Below, piece by piece: positions 40,401-51,626 of a stretch of DNA of 64,000 nt. The notes below the pieces were generated by a model. That model saw nothing but the letters and a program-made list of their open reading frames with translations. It had not been told where the DNA came from and did not search any database. The stretch is from contig NW_019091355.1 of NCBI RefSeq assembly GCF_001949145.1, forward strand, positions 2,007,107 through 2,071,106. Direction: 5' to 3'. Source of the DNA: Acanthaster planci (Eukaryota). Numbering within the stretch: the stretch's first letter is position 1; each line of letters begins with the position of its first letter. The position numbers and the translations under genes were made by a program.

Positions 40401-43400
40401 GAACGTTGCCTTGCCAGTGTCCTACTTGTAGAACTCGATACCGCCTCTTTGAGTACGATAATGAACCACAGAGTACCGAAGAATGTCATTTTCGATGGTG
40501 TCTGAGAGCCGTACCAATATCGGGCACAATATGACCGTTGTTTGGGCATCAGTACTGTTTCTGTCTTTCATGGCAAAAACCGGCCACTGTGACTGTCTCC
40601 ATCCTGAGATCACTCCAACTTTTTACTCTGCAAGCAGCCATACTTTTCAAGGCCATGTATATCACATGAAAATGGCATCATCGGTGGTGATCTGTGGGCG
40701 AGATTGTTCCATTGCCCCCCAGTGTGCATCATTTAACTACTTTACCAGCAGCCGTATTTGTGAACTAAACAATAAAACAAGACTACAAAGCCAGTGGGCC
40801 TTTGTCAAGATGGAAGGAAGCGTGTACTTTGATAAAAACTATGAAACTTCTTTCTTGCCAGCGCCCTCTGTCAGAAAGTACACGAGCTGCTTGAAATTAC
40901 TGAGAGCTGGTTTCAAAGGCAGTGGCGTCTACACTATTCACCCTTCTGGTATAGTTGACGGCTCACAAGTTTACTGCGACATGGAGACTGATGAGGGAGG
41001 CTGGATCGTGTTCCAACGTCGCGAGGACGGCTCTGTCGACTTCTACCGTAATTGGACTGACTACCAAACAGGCTTTGGTAATTTGTCTGGCGAGTTCTGG
41101 CTTGGCAACGACATCTTACGAAACCTCACTGAGTCGGAACCGTGGCAGCTGAGAGCAGAACTCGGAGACTGGGAAGGCGGTGCAGCCTGGGCGCAGTATG
41201 GTAGGTTTCGCGTCTTTGGGCAGCAATACACACTTGATATTGGCGCATACAATACAAAAAGTACAGCAGGTGACTCCTTGACGGATCACAACACATATCC
41301 ATTTACAACACAGGATCAGGATAACGATGTAAGCGCTATTTTTAACTGTGCACAGATTTACTGGGGTGCATGGTGGTTCAAATCTTGCTTCAACTCCAAC
41401 CTAAATGGCCAATACCACTGCCAACAGCCGGACGCTGGATTTTTCGGTTTACAATGGAAATCCTGGAAAACCAATCAACGTTACTCCCTGAAGCACACTG
41501 AAATGAAAATACGAGAAAATCAGTAAATATTAGTTTACCGACTTTCAGATACACATGTATCAATATCATACTCTGTTTTGACGCAGCTTGATGTCACAAT
41601 TATTTCGAAAAATTTTCAGGGGAACTGGACAAACTAAACAAAAACGAACTAAGAGTTCACAACTTAAAAGACTCCCTGCATGATGAAGAAAACCACTTTG
41701 GCATGTGTAACTGTGACAAGGCCAGACCTGGGGGGGACGAGGGCATGTTCCTAAAGATTAAAGGTAGAGTACACCGTTGGTTTTTTGGTCGTCATTTCAC
41801 AAGATTGGCTGATTACGGTGTATAATATTCACTGCGACTTACATTCCACTGACTTGTTTCACCTTTGGGTCAACTGCTTTGTAAAACATCGAGAAAACAG
41901 CGCCGCATTTTCAACGATCACATCGAAGATCTTGTATCTTGCTTAAAATCTATGAATTACAGGGCTTTCGAAGTAAGCGAACGCGACATTCGCGGGGTCA
42001 GGCTGGGAGACAGACATGACAGATTCTCTTTCCCTTAAAAAGGAGCAGTTTTCAACGGCCAGGGGTAATCAGTGAATTTACCTTGGAGTAATGCGCCCCT
42101 TCGACAATGTACCATTGCGGATTCATGAAAAAAATTCATCCAGAAACGCAGTCGACTCGTGTCTGTGACACTAATTTCGAATCAGCCTATAATTATGATA
42201 ATGCACGCGTGCGCACGCGATCATGCTTAATAACCACACTTTCACGTCGGTTTACACGTCAATGAAAGTCTAAAAACTTCATTATTAGTTGACTATCTGA
42301 TAATTATTAGCAAAGACGAAAATATGTCTTGAGACACGGGAAGTTAACGCGTGGAAATCGTACTTTTTGTTGAAAATCCTTTCACCCGGCAACTAAACAG
42401 CCACCATATTTGGATCACACTATTATGTTCTAGGGGTGATTCTGAATTTGCAAAGTTTGGGCGTTGAGAAAGTGTTTTCCTTAAATAAAATGAAACTTCA
42501 CACTGATCCAATTTATTTCGTACTTTACATCTTACACTCATGTTCCATAATTACATTGCGTTTGGTGAATTTTTTTCGGTATATTTTAAACTGCTTTTGG
42601 TTTTACCAGTTCATTAATGGAGACTCCCACAACATCTGCAAACATTACACACAAGAAAATCGGCGCCTCTCAAAGAATGTGATTTGCGAAGTGAAATGAA
42701 CTCTGACACGATGGTCGGCAAACTATCGTTTGCACGGCCATGTAAAGTGGCTATGTTTTCCAAGTACGTAGATGGTAGCTCGCGATGCTTTCATTGATGA
42801 TACAGGTTACCAGGGAAACCAACGTGTGTATCGGCAACTAATGACTATCTTGAACTTTTGGTAATTTGCAATGAAAACACCTGTAAGTCATAAATCATCA
42901 TACGTGTACCTACGAAACAGCCTAATTAATGGCTCAATTACTTCAATCATTCCAAACCCATCCCCCGAAAAAAAATTTCCTGTGGAGGACGTTGCTGTTA
43001 AGAACGAAAAACGTTCAGAGGCACAGGGACTATAAAAAAAATGGCTTACAGTAAAACGATGCAATGCATTAATTGCTGAGCTACTTCAGAGCTGGACATA
43101 GTTGGTGTATCATCACACCACTGATAATAAACTGGGAAGATTCTCCGAATCAAAGCAGAAATCAAAAGAGCAACTTATGGCTTCACTGACTGACTAGCAT
43201 TACAGCACAGCCACTAACAGCATTCGGGGTGTAACCTGGTAACGTATGTGCAGCAGAGGATTCTTGAAAGCAAGATAAAGAACAACTACTACATATACAT
43301 GTATATCCATTATATGCGAGATGTTCGAGCAGTTAAGCACAAAAACTTCCACAAGTATCGACTAGTCTCTGCAGGCATGTATTACACATGTAAAGAACGC

Positions 43401-46400
43401 GCAGTCAGAACAATGAGCGAGCTCCTAGTGCATGTCACACTGTTTCTGGCTTTTATGGTGCATAACTGCCGCTGTGAATGTCCACTTCTATTCACTCCAA
43501 GATCTTTTCCTGTAGACAATCAAACAAATCAAACCTTTCAGGGTTTGGGGTATTACATGAAGACCGTGTCTTCTGTGGTGGACTGTGGGCGCGACTGCTC
43601 TATGGACCCTCAATGTGCATCATTCAACTACTATAACAGCAGCCGCCTTTGTGAACTAAAGAATACGACAAAAATCTACAGACTGTGCGCCTCTGTTGAG
43701 AGGCCGGAAAGTTTCCACCTCGATGACAGATGTAGGAATAGGTATGACACTTCTCTTTTGACGGCACCCTACGTCAAGTACACAAGCTGCGAAGGGTTAC
43801 TGAGAGCTGGATATCACTGCAATGGTATCTATACGATCTATCCTTCTGGCATGGCTCAGGGCTTGCAGGTTTATTGTGACATGGAGAATGACGGAGGAGG
43901 CTGGACCGTGTTCCAGCGACGTCAAGACGGCTCTGTTGACTTTAACCGTAACTGGGCAAAATACCAAATTGGCTTTGGTGATTTATGCGGTGAGTTCTGG
44001 TTGGGGAATGAAGCTCTACGCATCCTGACTGAATCTGGACAGTGGCAGATGAGGGTGAACCTCGGAGACTGGGAGGGTAGAACAGCTTGGGCAGAATACG
44101 GTAAGTTTAGTACCTCGGGCCAGAAATACACACTCCATGTTGGTTCATATAATATCTCGAGTACAGCAGGTGACTCGTTAAGCGAACACAATTCTAAATA
44201 TTTTTCAACATGGGATATGGATAATGATATAGCTGATGGAAACTGTGCACTGATATTTAAAAGTGCTTGGTGGTTCAACACATGTTTCAGTTGCAACCTA
44301 AATGGTGAATACCTGTTCCACCAGCCAACATCTGAACTGCAGGGCATACAATGGAAATCTTGGAATCAAAGACCTAATTATTCTTTGAAACACAGTGAAA
44401 TGAAAATAAGGGAATTTCGTCAGCGGCAGTAACAATTAACACGGTTAAGGACATCATGACGTTTACACTATCAAAAATTCTTTGACAACTTTGATGCCCA
44501 ATTTTAAGACTGTAACATCATTTGGAGGATGGCAATCTACACTTAAAGGAAATCTGGTAAATGATGAGCAAAAATTTATACATCATTTAAATATGAAGCC
44601 CACATTTCATAAGCAAGCAGATGCAATGAAAGCATCAAATGCAAGAAACTGTGCCCATGTAATCATTAACTACGCAGATCTTGTGTAAGCCGTTCCCTGA
44701 CAAAAATTATTTATCTTTCTTGTGTGTGGTCAAATACCAAGGTCTCCTATGTTTTCAAATTAAAGAGATCCGTCAAAGATAATGTTACTTTTGTGAAGAA
44801 ATACAGGAGGGCAAATTCTATCCACTTTGTAAAAGCTGTTTACCAATGAAGGCGTATTTAGAATTTGTTTCGTTGATATGTAAACTCATAACGTGTTCAT
44901 GGCGAGTGCAAATATCAGGATACACTTGCCTAGAAATACATGTAGCTTCAACACAGAAATAAAATGAAAAAAAAAGACTATGCAGACTTGTCTCCTGTGT
45001 TTCTAGTATGCAGCAATTCTATATCGCGCAGTACCCCCCTGAGCCATTTGAAATAAAATACATGTACATGTAACCCCATGATTCACAAAACTGTAGGATC
45101 ATAAAGGTCATGTTGGATTTTTTTTCTCAAATAGCCAACGGCAGTTAGGTTTTATGTATACATGCCAGTGTACATAAACGCCTATATTCATGTTAACGTC
45201 TTCAGTTATTACAATGAATGTACATGGTTAACATGACCGAATTTACTCCATTTAGAATGTCATTAGTCTACGTACATGTACATGTATATGCAATGAGTAG
45301 AACAAGACAATTCTAAGGGTATCTCCACGGCTTGACTGATGGCAGAGGCATTTACCACGGCCTTCGTCGTATCTGAAGCCAAATTAAACTCTGCATGTAC
45401 ATACATGTACACGTATAATTTAACCATGCTACCAACATTAATTAGCAACTTATTAGCTACAAGCAAATGGTAATCTATCACAGAAAATTGTTCAGTTATT
45501 AAAACACACTCCATGTTGGCTCATACAGTGTCTTGGGAATTGCAGGTACTGTAACTTGTTGGGAGATCTCAATACATGTATCTATATTTACAGCACAGGA
45601 TCAGGATACATGTCGTGATTATCACATGTACGATTACAGTGCACACATAATTACACAGTGCATGGTTCAAAGCATGCTTTACATGGAAATCATGGCAAAA
45701 TTACAGCCCTTATTCCCCAAAGCACAGCGAGTTGGAACAAAAGGGCACCAACGAGATACAATGCCAATCAGATTACTGATGTGCTGAGTACTGAAAATTT
45801 ACTTTATTTTTGGCAAACAATTGAAACACGCTTTGCTATTTGAGGATGCAATGTTTATTTGAAGTTTGATACCCACTATAGGTCACGTGACTTAGCAGGC
45901 GCACTAAGTCTATTTAAAGGTTTTTCAGAAGTGTTTTAAGCAAAATTGGGGACTATAAATATGTGGTACTTTGCCTGCAGGTAAGCTGTAAATTCTAAAG
46001 AGAATGTCAATCTTGCACAAGTACATAGGGCACAGAAATATTTCAACGATACTGTAGGCCCTACTGTCTTGGAAAAAAACATTCTTAAACGAAGAGATCG
46101 TACCGCGCAAGAAAACTAATCACGTAGACTCCATTCAAAGGTGTTAATGGGGAGTTTCAGTTTTATATATTCAGTTATAAATGACTTTGTTTTCAATGAG
46201 TGTTTGCGTGTCCTAATGAGTTTAAATCTGTCTTTAAGATGAGATCTTGGCTCATCTGATAATATCCAGTAGGTCTCTTAAACTGGTGGTCAGCTCAAGT
46301 ATCTGTATAGAAATCATTTTAAATTGTATTAATGTTTTTATTGTGATTACATGTATTCTATAGAGTGATAATCAGTAATCAGCCCTGTGTAGTATTCAGC

Positions 46401-49400
46401 GGTTTATAGTGATTTTTCATCTGTGTATAGTCATCACTGTACATTGTGTATACTAATGATTGGTAATAAACTCTGTGTAGTAATCATTGTCAAGTTGTAT
46501 TTACATGTACTTGCATAGTAAAGTGATAATTCATCCCTGTATAACGATCATTGTAAACTGGTATTCGTCTATTTAGAGTAATTTTTGTCTCTGGAAAGCT
46601 CCGTGTAGTATTTAGCCGTATATTTCAAATATTCATCTCTGTACAGCTATCGCTGCAAAGTGTTATGAATCTCTTTAGAGTGATATCTCATATATGTAAA
46701 GTGATCACTGGTATTAAGCTCTGTGTTGTGTTCAGACGTGCTAAGTGAGTATTCATTATTGTACATGTACAGTGATCAGTGTTAGCAACTTCAGAGTGAT
46801 ATTTCATCTCAATAGTGTAATCATCTCTGCTGAGTTCTGCTTAATATTCAGCTGTGCGAGTATTCGCCCTGTATAGTTATTACTGTAAACTACCATTCAT
46901 CAGTGTAAAGCGTTCAATCGTATTCAATCCAGTAGAGTGAACTAGAATGCATAGAGTACTCTGTTACGTTAACTGGTATTCAACTCCGTGCTTCTCTGTT
47001 CATATATGTGGTTGTTCAGTTCTTTGTAGTATTGAGTAAGTTGATGTATAGTGATCATTCTCTATAGCAATAATGTTGTGAGCTGTTATTCAACTCCTAG
47101 TAAATGGTATCCACGTATATCTCTTTATATATACATGTGTATAGTTATCATTGCAAATTAGCATTCAACTCCATGTAGTATTCAGCTTTGTTATGTATAG
47201 TGATCGTCTATTATTGTAAAAAGAAAATTCATAAAAAACTGTTATTAACCTCTTTTGTAGAGATAACTGATTTCTGCCGGGTGATCATTGGTGTCCAGTG
47301 CTGCGTACATTCAAATTCGTGTAACGGTCATTCTGTATAGAAATTCTTTTTTTTTCTGTAAATTGATATTTGGATCAAACATTGTAAACTGGTATCCAAC
47401 TTGGTTGTGCATGCATTTAGCTCTGTTCTGTGATATGAATGTTTGTACGTGTACAGTGACAGTTCATATCTTCAGAGTAATCATTCCTCCGTTAGCACGA
47501 TCGAGAATTTGTATTCAACTTTTTAAAGTGATCACCGTAAACGTCTTCAACCTTGTGTTGTAAATTGCACATCATGTATTTTTGCTCCGTATCGCAGTTT
47601 ACTGTTGCAATCATTCCAAACCAGTATTTAGCTAGTAAATTTATTGCAAACTTTTAGTTGTTGGAAAGTGTATCACTGTAAAAAAAATTCCAATTTGGTT
47701 TTATCTCGTCTACATAAGTTATGATCATTGTGAATTGACATATTCTCTCCAGACTTGTGGTGAAATTTCTTTCATTCCCAATTCAAAGTGTATCAGCAAT
47801 TAGACGTGAAAGTACAGTAGAAGTCAAGAAAAATTTCCATGAGCCCTTAACCGTATTAATTTTAGTTTGTTGCGATTTGCTTTCATACATGTAGAAATAA
47901 AATTGGTCTGAGATATTGCAAGGGAAATAGGTGTATAGCATACATGTAGTTGGATAATATGGCATGTTCAAGGATTAGTTATATGCCTGTGCATTGCTAA
48001 AAATATCATAATGTGAATGAAATTTGACTCTCATGTTAAGCTGGCCTCAGATCTTACAACGACAACCATCCACTTCAATGAATTTAGAGCAATGTGAAAT
48101 AAGACAGAAGCTCACAGAAATGTCGCGTTGATGTTTTCAAATCAATGATGCACCCAGTTTTTTAAAAGTAGCCAAAACTACATGCACATTTGTACAAAAG
48201 AAGTAATTTATAACTTTACATGAAGTTTGGAATACACTTTATGTAACTTGGATTTTTAGCATGAATTTCAATGAAGTTTAAGGTTTTAACTAGAAAAAAG
48301 GACTGTTTTAACAAACTAGTCCGGATCTATCAATGATCTCAATGTGCGCTGTAACTTTAATGTTCGATGTTAGGCACCGTACTGTAAAAGCAAAATACCG
48401 ATGCTAAACATGTATGTACAAAAATTTTTAATACCAACTTGGGTCGGACATGTAGATTTCAGGCAAAATTCCAAGTTTCAGGCACAGCATACACGTACAT
48501 AATATGCAGATTCAACACATCTAGTCAAAGTCCTATTGTTCTTGAATGTACTGAAGGACATGCACGTTATCATTTTTACGGGTCATGTCAAACTGCAGGA
48601 AATGTTTAAGTCAATCTGAAGAGGTAACATTGTTTATGAATAAAGCACAATTCAAGCTCGGTAAATCTCTTTTCAATTTGTGTCTGCCTACATTTGCTTA
48701 GGTTTGCAATGGGGCTTTGTACTGACAATGTGACACTTTGTAATACACCGAGTGCACTTTCCCACAAACCAGTCGGGGCTCACGGTCTGCTGAATTCCAA
48801 AGGGAAGCTCACATGTAAATAAAGTGTCGTCATCAGTTCAGAGCTCTATTTCAATTGTTGAATGTGTGTTATTATGTGGTTAATCAGAAGTCACTGCGAG
48901 AATGTATGGTATGGCAGTTACAATGGGCGGAAATGCGCTGTACCTTAAGCCCTGATAAAACTAACAAGGTTGATGGAGTACACAATTACCTTTATTCATC
49001 CAAGTAAATAACAGCACCTTGTGGCTGTGTCCGCCTTCAGTGTTTGAAAAATACTTGTGTAAAGTGCAGTATTGTACTTACCTGCATAGCAAAACTGGCG
49101 CCGGTAACACCCCCTGGCCAATTCACAACCTAGTCAACTTGCCCCTGGTCAACTTACTCCCTGCAACTAACTACCAGTTCTCCCCTACCAACTTGTCCTC
49201 CCACCATTTTATGCCTTTCACACCCCCCATCCCCTACCCCCTGGCTGCCCCCCCCCTGAGGTTAACTGGTAATCTTGCTTCCTCGCCATCTTAGCTTGGC
49301 CTACTCCTTGGCCAACTTAGTTGTCTGGTTTAGGACATATGTTAATAAGGCTGGGCCTACCAACCTCATTATTTGCGACTGGCATAAGTCTCAACACTAC

Positions 49401-50326
49401 ATTTTGTGGGTACGCAAATATTGAGATGGGCCAAAACTTTGAAAAAACACCATTTTGTTTCAAAAGCGGGTGAGAATATTGTACTTTTCTCCCATCCCCC
49501 TTCTTTTATCAATCAAGTAAAGCTTGACTGGTATCAGTGTGGGGTTCGTAGGAACGAGACCAATCTCTGATTCAACAAAACTTGCCTTTACCGAGGGTTG
49601 CTGCTTCATCTTCTTAGAACCTCATTAATAATTAAGAGGTCCTTCGGACTTGGCAAATTACCCTGTTATTACAGGAACCTTATGAAAACAAAAGATTGGG
49701 ACCTAAACTTTCCTTGTTATAAGCAAAATCTTGTATTAACAGTGCTCTTATTGACAAGGTTCAACTGTAGTCACTACTACAAATAGAGGGCCTCAAGGCA
49801 CAAAACAATTTGCATTTTCTCCAAAAATAATGAATTTGGGCCTGGCCTACACAGTACATATACATGTAGGCCTACAGCACAAAATTTGAAAAAATGACAA
49901 AAATTGTCTGTGATGACTGTCAAACTCTGTGCACATGGCTTGGAAATGGCAGACATGACTTGAGATGGCTGATTTACATTTAACGTTAGGCCTAACGTTT
50001 AATAAACTTAAGTGACAAAATCTTTGTCAGAGCCAAAAATAAACTGGGTGTCCACAAACACTTGTGTATTTATTACCATTTAAGCCTACATTTACCATAA
50101 CTGCCATGTCAACAATTTAACGTTAGTCATATTTGTTATCACTGATAAGCACGATTATATGAGTATCACCTTTTCTGTGGACAGCATCCGGGTCCTCTTC
50201 AAGAATTTGGATGATTTCATCGTACCCGTGGAAATTGTGAACAGCATCTGCGAGCGACACTTTCTTGCGTTCGGTCACAGTCGCAAAATTAGCATACGGC
50301 TTGGTACCAATTGGGGGTAGATCCAT
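34471..50326 (-). CDS. Ankyrin-repeat DHHC-type palmitoyltransferase (ZDHHC13/17-like architecture); 9 exons, about 581 aa
   Basis: Exons (minus): 50326-50170, 38740-38485, 37997-37938, 37468-37396, 37221-37043, 36911-36672, 36100-36018, 35528-35320, 34959-34471; in frame, 1746 nt. Ankyrin motifs GLTPLHKA, GETPLHYAC, GRNCLHHAA, GQTPLHLVC and GNTPLHIAC; several transmembrane segments; canonical cysteine-rich domain YCGPCE..RTKHCKLCEQCMLNMDHHCLFLLRCIAKDNHRHF. Exact orthology is uncertain, so no symbol is given. Confidence 0.92.
35529..36017 (-). other. U12-type (minor spliceosome) AT-AC intron 7 of the DHHC gene
   Basis: 5' site CCAG|ATATCCTTG; branch site CCCTTGAC (35548-35541) 10 nt before the terminal AC; splicing joins KVLP-V-LWPVNSF in frame. 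Confidence 0.9.
40483..41526 (+). CDS. Secreted PAN/apple + fibrinogen C-terminal domain protein (FReD, ficolin/MFAP4-like), copy 2; single coding exon, nested antisense in DHHC intron 1
   Basis: Uninterrupted 347-aa ORF. Hydrophobic signal (MTVVWASVLFLSFMAKTGHC; the true start may be 40495 or 40531), PAN ICGRDCSIAPQCASFNY..CELN, FReD VYCDM..GGWIVFQRR.DGSVDF..GEFWLGND..FTTQDQDND..GAWWFKSC..NLNG..EMKIR. Confidence 0.93.
   Translation: MSFSMVSESRTNIGHNMTVVWASVLFLSFMAKTGHCDCLHPEITPTFYSASSHTFQGHVYHMKMASSVVICGRDCSIAPQCASFNYFTSSRICELNNKTRLQSQWAFVKMEGSVYFDKNYETSFLPAPSVRKYTSCLKLLRAGFKGSGVYTIHPSGIVDGSQVYCDMETDEGGWIVFQRREDGSVDFYRNWTDYQTGFGNLSGEFWLGNDILRNLTESEPWQLRAELGDWEGGAAWAQYGRFRVFGQQYTLDIGAYNTKSTAGDSLTDHNTYPFTTQDQDNDVSAIFNCAQIYWGAWWFKSCFNSNLNGQYHCQQPDAGFFGLQWKSWKTNQRYSLKHTEMKIRENQ
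41758..42835. mobile_element. Probable decayed non-autonomous DNA transposon between FReD copies 2 and 3
   Basis: Begins TTAAAGGTAGAGTACACCGTTGGTTT. Partial inverted match AAACCAACGTGTGTA near 42816-42830, and an internal inverted match GCGCCGCATTTTC / GAAAATCGGCGC. The TTAA-AGG start resembles Kolobok-type ends (inference). Confidence 0.35.
43413..44432 (+). CDS. Secreted PAN/apple + fibrinogen C-terminal domain protein (FReD), copy 3; single coding exon, nested antisense in DHHC intron 1
   Basis: ORF 43248-44432 is open; the likely start is MSELLVHVTLFLAFMVHNCRC (signal peptide) at 43413, giving 339 aa. [24 protein letters not shown] plus a complete FReD. TATAAAA at 43031-43037 and a possible UTR intron 43239-43374 lie upstream. 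Confidence 0.93.
   Translation: MSELLVHVTLFLAFMVHNCRCECPLLFTPRSFPVDNQTNQTFQGLGYYMKTVSSVVDCGRDCSMDPQCASFNYYNSSRLCELKNTTKIYRLCASVERPESFHLDDRCRNRYDTSLLTAPYVKYTSCEGLLRAGYHCNGIYTIYPSGMAQGLQVYCDMENDGGGWTVFQRRQDGSVDFNRNWAKYQIGFGDLCGEFWLGNEALRILTESGQWQMRVNLGDWEGRTAWAEYGKFSTSGQKYTLHVGSYNISSTAGDSLSEHNSKYFSTWDMDNDIADGNCALIFKSAWWFNTCFSCNLNGEYLFHQPTSELQGIQWKSWNQRPNYSLKHSEMKIREFRQRQ
45500..45745 (+). pseudogene. Heavily decayed FReD relic (C-terminal part), copy 4
   Basis: Collinear matches to copies 2/3: ACACACTCCATGTTGGCTCATA (TLHVGSY), ATTTACAGCACAGGATCAGGATA (FT.QDQD), GTGCATGGTTCAAAGCATGCTT (AW-FK.CF) and ATGGAAATCATGG..TATTCCCCAAAGCACAGCGAG (WKSW..YS.KHSE), with indels between them. Confidence 0.75.
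46270..47740. repeat. Old degenerate minisatellite array, about 1.5 kb
   Basis: Recurring variants of TATTCATCTCTGTATAGTGATCATTGTAAACTGG and AGCTCTGTGTAGTATTCAGC throughout; almost no ORFs. Confidence 0.7.
49612..49769. mobile_element. Tc1/mariner-pogo-like MITE remnant
   Basis: The right end reads TA-CAGTTGAACCTTGTCAATAAGAGC on the minus strand; the left TIR is only partly recognisable (GAACCTCATTAATAA). Confidence 0.4.
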
Positions 50327-50339
50327 TCTTGATTTCAAA

Positions 50340-51060
50340 GACCAGATCGATGCAACTACGATGGCAAACGTTACATGTACAATGCACGAAGACCCTCAAC
50401 CATGGGCGCAGCCATGTTTTGGGGGGAAAATAATGTCATCGTGTTTATGTGCGCGCGAGCATGCGCGGGTGCGACGGCCGTCGATGTGCTGAGCAACGCG
50501 AGGTGGCGCTCGTCAATATTTGCGTTCCCTCCGCGCACGTACGTACGTATTCACAGACATCCCGCAGTCTGGTCCACTCGACGTAATGCGGCTGTATCCG
50601 AATCTCTTGTCTAGAGCTAGGTCTAGGTCTTCGCCCCATTGGAAATGCGTGGAGACGCGTAGACAATAGACCTAGCCGTAGCTCTTGAAGCCAGTTTCGG
50701 ACTCGACACGGCCTACGTGTAATATTACACACCGAGGGCGCTGCATATGCACAGGCAAAGTGGTGCTACAGTTGTACATGTACGTAGCACGTGTGCAATT
50801 CTGTGTAACTTCTTCGCATTTCGATTGAAGCAGATCAAAGAAGTCTCAGCTGCTGAAAAGGTTTGGTCTTTTCCTTCCTCCCTCCATCAGTTGTAAAGTG
50901 TAGCTATTTTCAATCAATTTACGTTTGTCTTGAATCTGTAATTTTGTCACTGTTTGTACCTCATACCTAGAGCCTTAGCACCCATGATCGTACGTACATG
51001 TATGCCCGCGGCCGCACGGACTACCGCAACAATACCATGACTACACCTTTGAGACACGAG
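50340..51060. promoter_or_regulatory. CpG-rich divergent (head-to-head) promoter region of the DHHC gene and LARP7
   Basis: Start codons at 50326 (-) and 51627 (+) are 1.3 kb apart. The interval is CpG-dense (GCGCGCGAGCATGCGCG, GCGCACGTACGTACG). A possible LARP7 UTR-exon donor AAG|GTTTGG lies at 50861, with acceptor CAGCAG at 51606-51611. Confidence 0.6.
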
Positions 51061-51626
51061 GGGCCCAAGCTGTGCAGCTCAGTTGATAACTATAAAATTT
51101 GCCATTCGCTCAATACAATCTCTAAGCGTAATTTTTAAGAGTTCCATAATTGGTGGTATCGCATTCAGAACTCTTTCCATCCAACAATGATATGATCACG
51201 GAGGTAGTCTAACATGACTGGGCTGCATGAAAAAACCCACAGCATTATGAACTCATAAAAAGTTGGCCCAGCACAGTAGGCATGTAGGGCCGTAAGGCTG
51301 TGCCTTACAGTTCCTGAAGTAGGAGGCTCTTGCCATGCCTAACATTACGTAGCCTGTGGCTCTAGGAGTCTGACAACTTTTTGTCACGATCTGTTAATAG
51401 GAAACAGATCACGATAGTTCCCTTGTTTATATGTCATTCATCCTGTTTACATCAAAGAGAAGGCAGTGGCTAAGAATATTTCATTAATCTTTTCCAAATT
51501 CTCAAGGGCCAACCCGTGTCAGATATAATTACTGAAAAGTAATGTCGGTAATGATTTATTTTGCAATTTTTTATCTTCTTTTGAAGTGTTTTGGTGTTTT
51601 TCTTTCAGCAGTAACTCAATCCCACC

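Noticed and set aside
43248..43412. N-terminal extension of FReD copy 3 in the ORF track
   Set aside because: It starts at GTG, is low-complexity and precedes a clear signal peptide; most of it falls in a probable UTR intron.
49074..49110. TACTTACCTG as a U1 snRNA 5' end or an extra DHHC exon donor
   Set aside because: No further U1 similarity; DHHC exon 1 joins exon 2 in frame without it, and the adjacent DNA is C-rich repeat.
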